A DNA stretch of 64,000 nucleotides. Origin: Macrostomum hystrix (taxonomy: Eukaryota > Animalia > Platyhelminthes). This document shows, piece by piece, positions 26,103 through 39,270 of this stretch (the stretch's first letter is position 1; every line of letters starts with the position of its first letter). A program made the translations under genes and the position numbers. The notes under the pieces were generated by a model that saw only the letters and a list, made by a program, of their open reading frames with translations, had not been told where the DNA came from and searched no databases. The DNA lies in contig CATNEN010000011.1 in assembly GCA_950097015.1 (NCBI GenBank), positions 5,952,001 to 6,016,000 of the forward strand. The letters run 5' to 3'.

Positions 26103-26939
26103 GCCCTGCAGTTTTAGTCATCCATGAGTGACTCGATATAAACGCACATAAATATATCACTTGAGATCAGATAAATCACCGCTGCAAGCATTCTGTCACA
26201 TGACAAGCAACATGGCTAAAAAAGTCAACCGACTAGGATATGAATATGAGTTATTCCTTGCTTTCCGCTGACAAGTTTATTTAGGCATATCACACAAATG
26301 TATTCGGCTTTAGAAGTGATGATAGATTTATTACCTGACCATTTAATATTTTAATATTTTCTCAATAGGTGTATTGAGAATCAATTGTCTGGGCGTTGCT
26401 GGGGCCTATTGTTTGCGAGTTGAGACTCAATGCTCCGCTTTCTATTGTTCTCTTTTACTACTGGTTTTGTTTACCACATGGAGCTGCCTGTGCAATGGGT
26501 CGCTTGCAGCTAGTTGCGTAGACAGGGATTTCAATTTGAGGTAGGACTTCGGGCCGCACATTCGCGGCAATGAGAGTGTATGATTTACGACTAATAATAT
26601 GGGCACATGTTCATAAAATTAGTCAACTAAGACTTAGACAATAGACAAAGTTTATATACACAACAGAATGGTGATAATTTGCACAATTTGTGAATGACAG
26701 TGTATACGTTTAAAATACGAGCTCACATTTCAAATTGGCATTCACTTGCAATAAATTATGAGTATGTGTCATTAAACAGAGTATAGACAGAGTTTAAACA
26801 GTTGCGACTAAAAAATACAACTTGAGCAGCACCACTTAGTCTTTGAAAAGTTCATGTTCTTAAAGCGATAAAAACAAAGCAAAAATATTTAACATCCTCA
26901 GTCATTGTGGCATCAGTGAGTAGTTACTCACGAAGTTAG

Positions 26940-29436
26940 TTACTCAGTGGGCAGCTTAACAAACTTCGCTGTCAGCTCAGCGCAAAACCGGAGAAGGCGC
27001 ATAATGTCCTCCTCTTGACGAGCACTGCTATCGAATTTCTGCCATGCCGCCTGAATCTTGGCCTCGCGGCATCTGTAGACTAGCCTGACTCGTCTTCCAG
27101 GCCCGCCAGTAGCTTGCAGCTGTCGAGACTGCAGAACTGCAAGGGCAGCCTGTTGCAATAGGAGCTCAGCCAAGGCATAGAGATTCAAGTTGCCCTTCCT
27201 CGCTCTTCGGTTTAGAGCCATATGCCAGCCCTCCACAGAGTTATTAGTCCGCTCCCTCTTGCCGTGGACAGAGAGTTCTTCCAGGCTCCACACGCTACTC
27301 GACAGCCAGGTCACGTCCACATAGCGGCACAGAGAAACCAGCGCCTCTGTATTCGCTTTGTCGGCAAGAGCGCCAAAAGCAGTGTAAATGTGTTCGGCTG
27401 GGAGGAAGATGAGGGCCATCAGCTGCTTGCAGAACAGTCGCGTGCCCTTATCCACAGCATACGATGCAGCAAGGCCGAGCTCTTGAACTTTTCGAAAGAT
27501 GCTCTGTGCGAAGTGAAAAGAGCAGCCCTGCAGCTCAGCCCTCGGGCAGGTATGATGCAGAGCCTCCCACATCGCAGCCTCAAAGTCCAATACAGCTTCA
27601 GAAGGAGGAACTCCAGCCAGCTCAATTAGCTTTTGCAGAACTTGCAAGTAGTCGTGCTTTGATTTTCCTGACATGAGCGCGAAGCACAATGGCACTTGCT
27701 TGTGCTTCCCATCCTTCTGAAGAAGTCCATGAACTGAAAAGTAGATAATATTTACAATTTCATCCAAATGGAACAAAGCGAAGTGGAGAGAAGAATAGGA
27801 GAGAGGGAGACCAGAAGTTTGGTGGTGAATGAGAAAATGGAGTGATAGAGAAATGGGTAGCGGTGGGGGAGAAAAAAAAGGAGAGAGATAGAGGAGGGAG
27901 AGATGAGTTAGGGGTGAGGCTGAGAGGGGTAGAGATAATTTCCAAATGACAAAGAAATGACAAAACTCAATGACAAAAAGTAACAAACTTACCAGAATAT
28001 AGTTGCATGAATGGGCTCTTGACGACATAGAATGTTCCATCGAGAAACCACTGCTTTGTGTTGGCCAGGATTGCAAGCTGCTCGTCTGTTGCGAATATCA
28101 GGTGGCGCTTTTGCGTTCTGGCCACAGTCACGTCCGCCTTCAGAAAGTTTGGTGGAAGTGCATCCTCCTGCAACTCGAATCGGAGATCTGTTGGATGCTG
28201 CGGCCGACTTCCTGCGCGAAATCGGTTGGCGTTTCTAGCGAGCTGTTCCACAGTCGGGGGGTTGACGCCTAAATCGTCGCGCAGACAATGAGCAATCAAA
28301 GCACTTTCGGCTATCGCAGCAGCTGGCTCGAATCGGCATCGCTTTGCCTCGTTTTTTACGTCCCATTGAAGCTCTCTCTTAAGTCCAGCTGCTTTGTCCG
28401 CATGGCAGACATGTGGTCGGCTCACATAAAACGAGCCATCTGCTGTCTGCTTCACAGAACCGTTGCATGTCAAAGCTTCGCTGCGGACGATACACTTCCA
28501 GTAATTGCAGCCAGCTTTTCCTCCATTGCGTCCGAGAATGTAGCCATGGGAAGACACGAGCAAGTCGCCGCCACGCTTGCTAATTCCAGGCTTCATTTCA
28601 AACTGTTCCGGCTCCATCGGTATCTGTACTTCAGCTAAAGGAGCTGGATCAGGAAGAGATCGTCGCCCAGCGGCATCAGTAGCCGTAGCAGCAGCGGCAG
28701 CAGCAGCAGCAGACAGCTCGGCGGCAGCATCAGCAGCAGCAGCACCACCAGACTCGGCAGCAGACAGCTCGGCGGCAGTATCAGCAGCAGCAGCACCACC
28801 AGACTCGGCAGCAGACAGCTCGGCGGCAGTATCAGCAGCAGCAGCACCACCAGACTCGGCAGCAGACAGCTCGGCGGCAGTATCAGCAGCAGCAGCACCA
28901 CCAGACTCGACAGCAGACAGCTTGGCGGCCGCCTGTTCAAGTTTTTTGTCAGATCGTGATTTTATTAGCAGTCTTATCGATGCAAGGCACAAGCTTTAAT
29001 TTTCTGTATATTAAGCTGTCTCTAGCTGCACAGTAAGTTGGGATTTGCTTTTCTGAAAATCTTTATTTTCTAATCTGGTTCGTGTACTGCAACTTCAAGT
29101 TTATGTAGAAAACATTATAGATATAAATATGTACAGCAAATAATCTCGCTATTATAATTATAATTATAATAAGTGGTTATGGTAGCTTGAACATGACGTG
29201 CACATGAATTCTATATTTACATGTGCCATAAAAGTCAATGAGCTACTTACGTTTTTTTCCTCACATCGTGAGCACATCCAGTTGAAGGAAACATTTTTGC
29301 TCAATATTTCGCGATACTCAGTCTGGGTCATATTAATGCCACAGATTCGATGCTGCCATTGATCACACGAATCGCACAGCAAGGCCTGCTGTCGCGTGCT
29401 GACTATCTTTTGACAGACAAGACAAAAATCTGACAT
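26940..29436 (-). CDS. PHD finger - Ala-rich repeat - FLYWCH - MULE DDE transposase (~639 aa, 3 exons)
   Basis: Exons 29436-29251, 28932-27993 (acceptor inferred from phase) and 27733-26940. PHD C4HC3 pattern CLVC..CDSC..H..C..CSRC; FLYWCH-like HGYIL..YWKC..C..H..H; catalytic FLDGTF, VLDFE, GCSFHFAQ and TNNSVEGWH. Confidence 0.85.
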
Positions 29437-30744
29437 TTCGATTATCCAGGCACGCAAATGTGGTGTGCAATGACAATGAGTTGCATACGCTATATATATG
29501 TGGTTCAAAGCGAAAAGATTTTAAATTTGCGCGATATTTTGTCGTTTGATTGATTGTTTTACTGATTTCGGTTGTTCTAAGAATCTAAGTCTCGTTAAAC
29601 TTGAGTTTCCAGCAGACGAAAAGTTTAACGCAAAATAGTTTGTTCGTCTGCCCAGCAGACGAACTGGCGGCAGACGAAAAGAGTGGCACCCGTCTGTGTG
29701 GCATAGGCCTGTCTGAAGACTTGCAATAGCTAGGCAGTATAGGCCTATTCCATATGGCTTTTCAGTCTATGAACTAAGGATATATACCACCCACCTTGAA
29801 CTTAGATCTTATCTAATGCCATAGGCCTAGTAATTATCTAAATCATAAAGTATAGGCCCTAGGCCTATGCCTAAAATTTAGGTGTGTATTGGTGTTGCCT
29901 GCCAAATTTAACATAGGCTACATGGTTGGCATGCAATTGCCTCACATTGAATTCTTGGTAACACTACAGACTAATAGTAACAAATAAGACAGTACAGGTT
30001 GTCCCCTACAAAAAATAATTTTGGTTTCAAAACAAATTGTTTCACTGCCCATTTTTCAATTGTTAAACTTTCTTGCCTGACTTACAAGCATGCAAAAGAA
30101 ACATTTTTTGTACACTTGAGCCTTAGTTTTTTCTGGCATGCACGTTTTATGATCTAGACTATAGAGGGAATGGAGCTAATGCTAGTTCCAAATTTGGTCT
30201 AGAAAAATAGCTGGTGAAGTGAAGCTGTTTTTAGAGGTAAAGTGTTGAAGAGTTAGGCCCCCTAATGAGTTAAAGACTAGAGTGTATTGCTACAAGATAA
30301 AGATTGTTCTTCAAGATTGTTCCAGTCGAGTTGGGAAGCAAACCCCTCACTTTCAAGCCATGATTTTGAAATTGTAATCACTAGGCTAGGGCCTACCCCA
30401 TAATATTTCTCATAATAGTAATTATAACTAAAAAATCCTGTTATAGGGCCTATGTTTTCTTGAAATATTACTTCATTTTATTGTAATAGCCTATATGCAC
30501 TTGCTAGATAAGCCATAGGCCAGAGCCAGAGCCCTAGATAGCCCTAGATAAGCCAGAGCCAATTAGTTTAGAATTTATTTAGGGACACAGCCAATGAGAA
30601 TTAAAATTTATGTATTTTAAATTTTTTATTTACAAACACTTATTTACAAATACACAGTTAGTATATTAACTATTATTAGTATTGTAAATCTGATATCTAT
30701 TCTAAGCATGTGAAAGTTTTTTAAACTTCAGTGCATACACAGCA

Positions 30745-33700
30745 ATGTCCTCCAATGATCCTTTTGGTGTTGATTTTGCCGAGCTAACTGGTGCTTTCCT
30801 TGGCTCTGGTGGCAATGCGCCAACTAGTGCGTCAGCTGCCCAAATTGGCAGTGCTCCAGTGAAACGCAGACGATTAGATTCAGACAATGCTGCCGCATCT
30901 GTTGCAGATGTTAGCAGGGCTGAAAGATTATTGCAACAGTTTGCAGCAGCTAATGCTAGCTCTGTTAAGACTGAGACTAATAGCAGTGCTGACAATACCG
31001 CTGCTGCTACTGCCAACAATGAGGAAGCGAAAACTGATGAGGAAGACCAACCGCAGGTTGTTGTGCACAGGATTCAGACCCAATCAGCTGACTGCACGCA
31101 TGAGGTTGTTGTACCACCCGGTGTTCAGTATGAACCGCTGCCAACTAAGAAAAGCTCAGATTCTAAACAGCCAGCGAAGACTTACAAATTTAAACTGGAC
31201 GCATTTCAACGAGAGGCTATTGCCTGCATTGAGCAGGGCCAATCCGTGCTGGTCTCGGCTCACACATCGGCTGGAAAAACGGTCCGTTGATGAAGCACTA
31301 CTGAAGCTTTCTTGTACTTCTGCGTCTTACATCACCATCTCAGATCCTTCATGACCATCTCAGATCCTTCATAATGGCCTGTCTCCTCAGGTTCTTCATG
31401 GTGGTCTCATCAGATTCTTCATGACCATCTCAGATTCTTCATGACCATCTGAGATTCTTCATGACAATCTCAGATTCTTCATAATGGCCTGTCTCCTCCG
31501 ATTCTTCCTGATGTTCTCCTCAGATTCTCCATGACCATGTCAGATTCTTCATGACCATCTCAGATTATTCATGACCATCTCAGATTCTTCATGACCATCT
31601 CAGATTCTTCATGACCATCTCAGATTCTTCATGACCATGTCAGATTCTTCATGACCATCTCAGATTCTTCATGACCATGTCAGATTCTTCATGACCATCT
31701 CAGATTCTTCATGACCATCTCAGATTCTTCATGACCATGTCAGATTCTTCATGACCATCTCAGATTCTTCATGACCATCTCAGATTCTTCATGACCATGT
31801 CAGATTCTTCATGACCATGTCAGATTCTGTAAATCTCTCGAAAAAAAGTATTGAAAATCTTCTCTTCGCCAGGTGGTAGCCGAGTACGCCATCGCTTTAT
31901 GCCTTCGGGAGAGGCAACGGGTTATTTACACCACCCCAATCAAAGCGTTGAGCAATCAGAAGTATCGAGAATTCTTCGACGAATTTCACGACGTCGGCTT
32001 GATGACAGGCGATGTGACCATCAATCCCAATGCTTCCTGCCTCATCATGACTACTGAGATTCTGCGGTCAATGCTGTACAGAGGCTCCGAGGTCATGCGA
32101 GAAGTGGGCTGGGTGGTCTTCGATGAGATTCACTACATGCGAGATGCCGAGAGAGGCGTGGTGAGTCTAAATGTTTTGGGAATACATTTTTGCTCTTTTA
32201 GGCACTCTAGAGTGACTCAAATCTATCTTTAAGCGACTCAAATCTGTATTTGATTGCTTCAAAGCTGTATTTGATTGCCTCAAATCTGTATTTGATTGCC
32301 TCAAATCTGTCTCAGAGTGACTCAAATCGATCTTAGAGTGACTCAAATCTATCCTATAGTGACTCAAATCTATCTTTAAGTGACTCAAATCTATCTTTAA
32401 GTGACTCAAATCTATCTTTAAGTGACTCAAATCTGTATTTGATTGCCTCAAATCTGTATTTGATTGCCTTAAATCTATCTTTAGTGACTCAAATCTATTT
32501 TAGAGTGACTCAAATCTGTCTCAGAGTGACTCAAATCTGTCTCAGAGTGACTCAAATCTGTCTCAGAGTGACTCAAATCTGTCTCAGAGTGACTCAAATA
32601 TATATCTTAGAGTGACTCAAATCTGTCTCAGAGTGACTCAAATATATATCTTAGAGTGACTCAAATCTGTCTCAGAGTGACTCAAATCTGTCTCAGAGTG
32701 ACTCAAATCTGTCTCAGAGTGACTCAAATCTGTCTCAGAGTGACTCAAATCTGTCTCAGAGTGACTCAAATCTGTCTCAGAGTGACTCAAATCTGTCTCA
32801 GAGTGACTCAAATCTGTCTCAGAGTGACTCAAATCTGTCTCAGAGTAACTCAAATCTGTCTCAGAGTAACTCAAATCTGTCTCAGAGTGACTCAAATCTG
32901 TCTCAGAGTGACCTAAATCTGTCTCAGAGTGACTCGAATCTGTCTCAGAGTGACTCAAATCTATCTTTAAGGAAATGGAAAAAATAACTTAACATGACTT
33001 CACAATGACCGTAGTTATAAATTGCACTCACTAATTCCTACCTACAATATTTCCCAGGTGTGGGAAGAGACAATCATCCTGCTACCAGACGCCGTACATC
33101 ACGTGTTCCTATCGGCCACAATTCCCAACGCGCGCCAATTCGCTGAGTGGGTTTGCGCCCTGCATCGCCAGCCCTGTCACGTGGTCTATACCGACTACAG
33201 GCCCACACCGCTGCAGCACTACATGTTCCCCTGCGGCGGTGACGGCCTGCATCTCGTGGTGGACCAGGAGGGCTGCTTTCGCGAAGAGAACTTCAGCCAG
33301 GTCATGGCGTCCTTGGCCGGTGCCGGCGGCAACGCCCAGTCCGACATGGCCAATCGGGGGAGGCGCGGTGGCTTCAAAAGCGCCGAAACTCACTGCATGA
33401 CCATTGTGAAGGTGGGCGAAATTTATAGCTTTTGAGGGCGAATCGGTGAATGGTATAGCTTCACTAATCTGTGAATGGTAAAGCTTCACTAATCAGTGAA
33501 TGGTATAGCTTCACTAATCTGTGAATGGTAAAGCTTCACTAATCCGTGAATGGTATAGCTTCACTAATCTGTGAATGGTATAGCTACACTAATCTGTGAA
33601 TGGTATAGCTACACTAATCTGTGAATGGTAAAGCTTCACTAATCCGTGAATGGTATAGCTTCACTAATCTGTGAATGGTAAAGCTTCACTAATCCGTGAA

Positions 33701-36700
33701 TGGTATAGCTTCACTAATCTGTGAATGGTATAGCTTCACTAATCTGTGAATGGTATAGCTACACTAATCTGTGAATGGTATAGCTTCACTAATCTGTGAA
33801 TGGTATAGCTACACTAATCTGTGAATGGTATAGCTTCACTAATCTGTGAATGGTAAAGCTTCACTAATCTGTGAATGGTAAAGCTTCACTAATCTGTGAA
33901 TGGTAAAGCTTCACTAATCTGTGAATGGTAAAGCTTCACTAATCTGTCAATGGTATTACTTCACTAATCTGTGAATTGTATAGCTTCACTAATCTGTGAA
34001 TTGTATAGCTTCACCAATCTGTGAATGGTAAAGCTTCACTAATCTGTGAATGGTATAGCTTCACTAATCTGTGAATTGTATAGCTTCACTAATCTGTGAA
34101 TGGTATAGATTCACTAATCTGTGAATGGTATAGCTTCACTAATCTGTGAATGGTAAAGCTTCACTAATCTGTGAATGGTATAGCTTCACTAATCTGAATT
34201 GTATAACTTCACTAATCTGTTAATTGTATAGCTTCACTAATCTGTGAATGGTATAGCTTCACCAATCTGTGAATGGTAAAGCTTCACTAATCTGTGAATT
34301 GTATAGCTTCACCAATCTGTGAATGGTAAAGCTTCACTAATCTGGGAATGGTATAGCTTCACTAATCTGTGAATGGTAAAGCTTCACTAATCTGTGAATG
34401 GTAAAGCTTCACTAATCTGTGAATGGTATAGCTTCACTAATCTGTGAATTGTATAGCTTCACTAATCTGTGATTAACATTCACAGCTTGTGAATCTGACA
34501 GTCGCAGCTTGTGAATCTGACAGTAGCAGCTTGTGAATCTGACAGTCGCAGCTTGTGAATCTGACAGTCGCAGCTTGTGAATCTGACATTCACAACTTGT
34601 GAATCTGACATTCACAGCTTGTGAATCTAACAGTCGCAGCTTGTGAATCTGACATTCACAGCTTGTGAATCTGACAGTCGCAGCTTGTGAATCTGACAGT
34701 CGCAGCTTGTGAATCTGACAGTCGCAGCTTGTGAATCTGACAGTAGCAGCTTGTGAATCTGACAGTCGCAGCTTGTGAATCTGACAGTAGCAGCTTGTGA
34801 ATCTGACAGTCGCAGCTTGTGAATCTGACATTCACAACTTGTGAATCTGACATTCACAGCTTGTGAATCTGACAGTCGCAGCTTGTGAATCTGACATTCA
34901 CAGCTTGTGAATCTGACAGTCGCAGCTTGTGAATCTGACAGTCGCAGCTTGTGAATCTGACAGTCGCAGCTTGTGAATCTGACATTCACAGCTTGTGAAT
35001 CTGACAGTCACAGCTTGTGAATCTGACAGTCGCAGCTTGTGAATCTGACAGTCGCAGCTTGTGAATCTGACAGTCGCAGCTTGTGAATCTGACAGTCGCA
35101 GCTTGTGAATACTTACTTTCTCTCCCCCCACTCCTCAAGGTGATCATGGAGCGCAGCCTTGAGCCTGTGATAGTATTCAGCTTCTCCAAGAAAGAGTGCG
35201 AGATCTACGCCCTGCAGATGGCCAAGCTGGACTTCAACACCGCTCAGGAGAAGGCTCTGGTTGAAGAGGTGTTCAACAATGCCACTGGTGGATTGTCTGA
35301 AGAGGATAGGAAACTGCCGCAGGTTGAGTCGGTTTTGCCGCTGCTTAGGAAAGGCATCGGCATTCACCACGGCGGCCTGCTGCCACTGCTCAAGGAGACT
35401 ATCGAGATCCTCTTCCATGAAGGCCTCATTAAGTGCCTGTTCGCTACTGAGACCTTCGCCATGGGCCTGAATATGCCTGCTAGGACTGTCCTGTTCACCT
35501 CGGCTAGGAAATTTGATGGTATGTTTAATGATCACTCTGTCACCGTGTCACTCTGTCACCGTGTCACTCTGTCACCGTGTCACTCTGTCACCGTGTCACT
35601 CTGTCACCGTGTCACTCTGTCACCGTGTCACTCTGTCACCGTGTCACTCTGTCACCGTGTCACTCTGTCACCGTGTCACTCTGTCACCGTGTCACTCTGT
35701 CACCGTGTCACTCTGTCACCGTGTCACTCTGTCACCGTGTCACTCTGTCACCGTGTCACTCTGTCACCGTGTCACTCTGTCACCGTGTCACTCTGTCACC
35801 GTGTCACTCTGTCACCGTGTCACTCTGTCACCGTGTCACTCTGTCACCGTGTCACTCTGTCACCGTGTCACTCTGTCACCGTGTCACTCTGTCACCGTGT
35901 CACTCTGGCACCGTGTCACTCTGTCACCGTGTCACTCTGTCACCGTGTCACTCTGTCACCGTGTCACTCTGTCACCGTGTCACTCTGTCACCGTGTCATG
36001 CTGCCACAATGTCACTCAATCACAATGTCACTCAATCACAATATCACTCAATCACAATGTCACTCAATCACAATGTCACTCCATCAAAATGTCACTCCAT
36101 CACAATGTCACTCCATCACAATGTCACTCAATCACAATGTCACTCCATCACAATGCCATGCTGCCACCATGTCACTCCTTCACAATATCACTCCATAACA
36201 ATGTCACTCCATCACAATATCACTCAATCACAATGTCACTCAATCACAATGTCACTCCATCAAAATGTCACTCCATCACAATGTCACTCCATCACAATGT
36301 CACTCAATCACAATGTCACTCCATCACAATGCCATGCTGCCACCATGTCACTCCTTCACAATATCACTCCATAACAATGTCACTCCATCACAATGTCACT
36401 CAATCAGCACCACGCCGCTCCCACTGCAGGCAAGAACTACCGCTGGATCAGCAGCGGCGAGTACATCCAGATGTCCGGCAGGGCAGGTCGTCGCGGCCTC
36501 GACGAGCAGGGCACGGTCATCCTCATGGTTGACGAGACCATGGGACACACCACCGCCAAGAACATCATCAAGGGCAGCCCGGATCCTTTGAACTCCGCTT
36601 TCCACCTGACCTACAACATGATCCTGAACCTGCTGCGCGTGGAGGACATCAATCCCGAGTACATGCTCGAGCGCAGTTTTCATCAGTTTCAAAACTACGC

Positions 36701-38895
36701 CAGCATACCGCAGCTGCTGCAACAGATTCGCGAACTAAAAGACGGCATCTCCAACTGCCGTGTAGACGATGAAGAGGGCGTGGCCTCTTATCAGCAGATT
36801 AGGCAGCATTTGAAATCTCTTAACGGACAAATGTGGGCCGTGATTCGACAGCCTAAGTATATTCTGGCATTCTTGCAGGTGAGATCTCAGGCTATCTGGA
36901 AACATAAAAATGCTATACTACTTTTTTGTTTTTCAATGAGTAGTATAACCTGTAAATTTCACGCACTTCAGGAGGGTCGCCTAATTCAGGTGCGCACGGA
37001 GCAGCACGACTTCGGCTGGGGTGTTGTTGTCGGCGTCAGCAAGAAGCAGCACGAGAACAGGACTTTGAACCCCGAGCCCTACTATGTTGTTGACGCTCTG
37101 CTCCGTGTGGCTCCGAATTCAGCCAGGGAGAAACACGTCTCTCTAATTAGACCTGCGCCCGAGGGAGAGCAATGCGACTTTGAGGTTGGTCTGTTCAGCT
37201 TTTTGCTTTGGGGTTCTAGGAATGATATAGATTAGCAATCCACTGTGCTCATTGTGGCTTATAGATATAGCAGCCATTAGAACATAGACTGGCAATCCAG
37301 TGTGCATAGATTAGCAATCCACAGCATAGATTAGCAATCTACAGCATAGATTAGCAATCTACAGCATAGATTAGCAATCCACAGCATAGATTAGCAATCT
37401 ACAGCATAGATTAGCAATCCACAGCATAGATTAGCAATCTACAGCATAGATTAGCAATCCACAGCATAGATTAGCAATCTACAGCATAGATTAGCAATCC
37501 ACAGCATAGATTAGCAATCTACAGCATAGATTAGCAATCCACAGCATAGATTAGCAATCTACAGCATAGATTAGCAATCCACTGTGCATAGATTAGCAAT
37601 CCAGTGTGCATAGATTAGCAATCCACTGTGCATAGATTAGCAATCCACAGCATAGATTAGCAATCCACAGCATAGATTAGCAATCCACTGTGCCTATTTT
37701 AGGTGGTGCCAATCAAGCTGGAGCTGCTCCACGGAATCAGCGCCGTACGGCTGCACGTGCCAAACGACCTCCGACCCGAAGAGAATCGCCGAGCCGTCCT
37801 GCAGTCTGTCGGCGCCGTGTTCCAGCACTTCAAAGCCGGCCCGCCGCCTCTCGATCCGTTAAAGGACATGAAAATTCGGGAAGAGAAATTCGCCGACCTG
37901 GTTGCTAAGCGGGACGCATTCAGCGAGCGCCTGGAGAATCACTGGCTGGCGGATAGCGACCGCCTGCCGAAGCTGCTTGAGCAGCTCGAAGCTAAATCGG
38001 CTCTGCAGGCCAAGCTGACGGAGGCTCAAGCTGAGCTCACCCAGAGGCGAGCCCTGCTCCAACTGGAGGAGCTCAAGTGCCGCAAGCGGGTGCTTCGCCG
38101 ACTGGGCTACGCCACACAGTCGGACATCATCGAGCTGAAGGGCCGAGTAGCCTGCGAGATCGACTCTGCTGATGAGCTGGTGCTCACCGAGCTGCTCTTC
38201 AGCGGAGCGTTTAACGACCTCACTGCTCAGCAGGTGGGGCTGCGGACTGTCTTGTGTTTGCTCCCGTATCTTTTCTTGATCTACTCTCCCACTTACTTGA
38301 TCTATTCTCCCACTTACTTGATCTATTCTCCCACTCGCTTCATCTACTCTCCCACTTACTTGATCTGCTCTTCCACTTACTTGATCTATTCTCCCACTTA
38401 CTTGATCTATTCTCCCACTTACTTGATCTATTCTCCCACTTACTTGATCTATTCTCCCACTTGTTTGATGGCTGTCAGGTGGCGGCGCTTCTGTCCTGCT
38501 TCATCTTCGAGGAGAAGGCCTCCGAGCTGCCAGACCTGCCGGAGGAGCTCGCCGGTCCGCTGCGGGCACTTCAAGACACGGCGCGTCGAGTTGCCCGAAT
38601 CTCCACCGAGTGCAAGGTGCCCCTAGACGAAGAGTCCTACTGCGAATCGTTCAAGCCACACATGATGGACATTGTGGCCGCCTGGAGTTCTGGCGCCTCG
38701 TTTGCCAAGATCTGCTCAAAGACTGACATTTTCGAGGGCTCGATTATTCGATGCATGCGACGACTCGAGGAGCTTCTGCGCCAGATGTGCAACGCCGCGA
38801 AAGCCATCGGCAATGCCGAATTGGAAAATAAATTTGCCGAAGCCATTGTGTCAATCAAGCGCGACATTGTGTTTGCCGCTAGCTTGTACCTGTGA
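30745..38895 (+). CDS. MTR4: Exosome RNA helicase MTR4 (SKIV2L2/MTREX), ~1055 aa, 8 exons
   Basis: Phase-consistent exons 30745-31281, 31873-32160, 33058-33411, 35140-35518, 36430-36878, 36972-37184, 37703-38233, 38479-38895. Motifs [22 protein letters not shown] and [10 protein letters not shown]; C-terminus [13 protein letters not shown]. Confidence 0.97.
31335..31825. repeat. MTR4 intron 1: 20-bp minisatellite (CAGATTCTTCATGACCATCT)
   Basis: Direct periodicity. Confidence 0.95.
32205..32965. repeat. MTR4 intron 2: 21-bp minisatellite (AGAGTGACTCAAATCTGTCTC)
   Basis: Direct periodicity. Confidence 0.95.
33452..35110. repeat. MTR4 intron 3: two adjoining arrays, 25-bp (GTGAATGGTATAGCTTCACTAATCT) then 22-bp (CAGCTTGTGAATCTGACAGTCG)
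   Basis: Unit switch at ~34475; both units share TGTGAAT. Confidence 0.95.
35533..36405. repeat. MTR4 intron 4: two 16-bp arrays (CTCTGTCACCGTGTCA then TCACTCCATCACAATG)
   Basis: Unit switch at ~36000. Confidence 0.95.
37305..37690. repeat. MTR4 intron 6: 20-bp minisatellite (AGCATAGATTAGCAATCCAC)
   Basis: Direct periodicity. Confidence 0.95.
38270..38460. repeat. MTR4 intron 7: 21-bp minisatellite
   Basis: ACTTGATCTATTCTCCCACTT unit. Confidence 0.9.
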
Positions 38896-38974
38896 GCTGT
38901 TTGGCACAAGCTTGGCGAATTTACTTTTTTAGAAACTTACTACTGCAGTCTGCTCAGACTTCGAAAAGATCACT

Positions 38975-39270
38975 GTGTTCTCAAATTTGAGTCGATCCCA
39001 TTGTTCTCAAACTTTGAGCAGATCCCAATGAACTTAAACTTTGAGCAGGTCCCATTGTTCCCAAACTTTGAGCAGGTCCCATTGTTCTCAAACTTTGAGC
39101 AGATCCCAATGAACTTAAACTTTAAGCAGATCCCATTGTTCCCAAACTTTGAGCAGGTCCCATTGTTCTCAAACTTTGAGCAGATCCCATTGTTCCCTAA
39201 CTTTGAGCAGATCCCATTGTTCCCTAACTTTGAGCAGATCCCATTGCTCCCTAACTTTGACTAGATCCCA
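38975..39270. repeat. 27-bp minisatellite just downstream of the MTR4 stop (likely 3' UTR)
   Basis: CCCATTGTTCTCAAACTTTGAGCAGAT unit. Confidence 0.9.

Larger units (their letters stand above)
25177..29691 (-). mobile_element. Mutator-like (MULE) DNA transposon, ~4.5 kb, with TIRs and 8-9 bp TSD
   Basis: Left end GGATTCCAGTTCTTTCGTCTGCCGCCAGTTCGTCTGCT; right end reverse complement GGTGCCACTCTTTTCGTCTGCCGCCAGTTCGTCTGCT. Flanks GTCTGTGT at 25169-25176 and 29692-29699 (or 9 bp with one mismatch). Encodes a MULE transposase. Confidence 0.9.
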
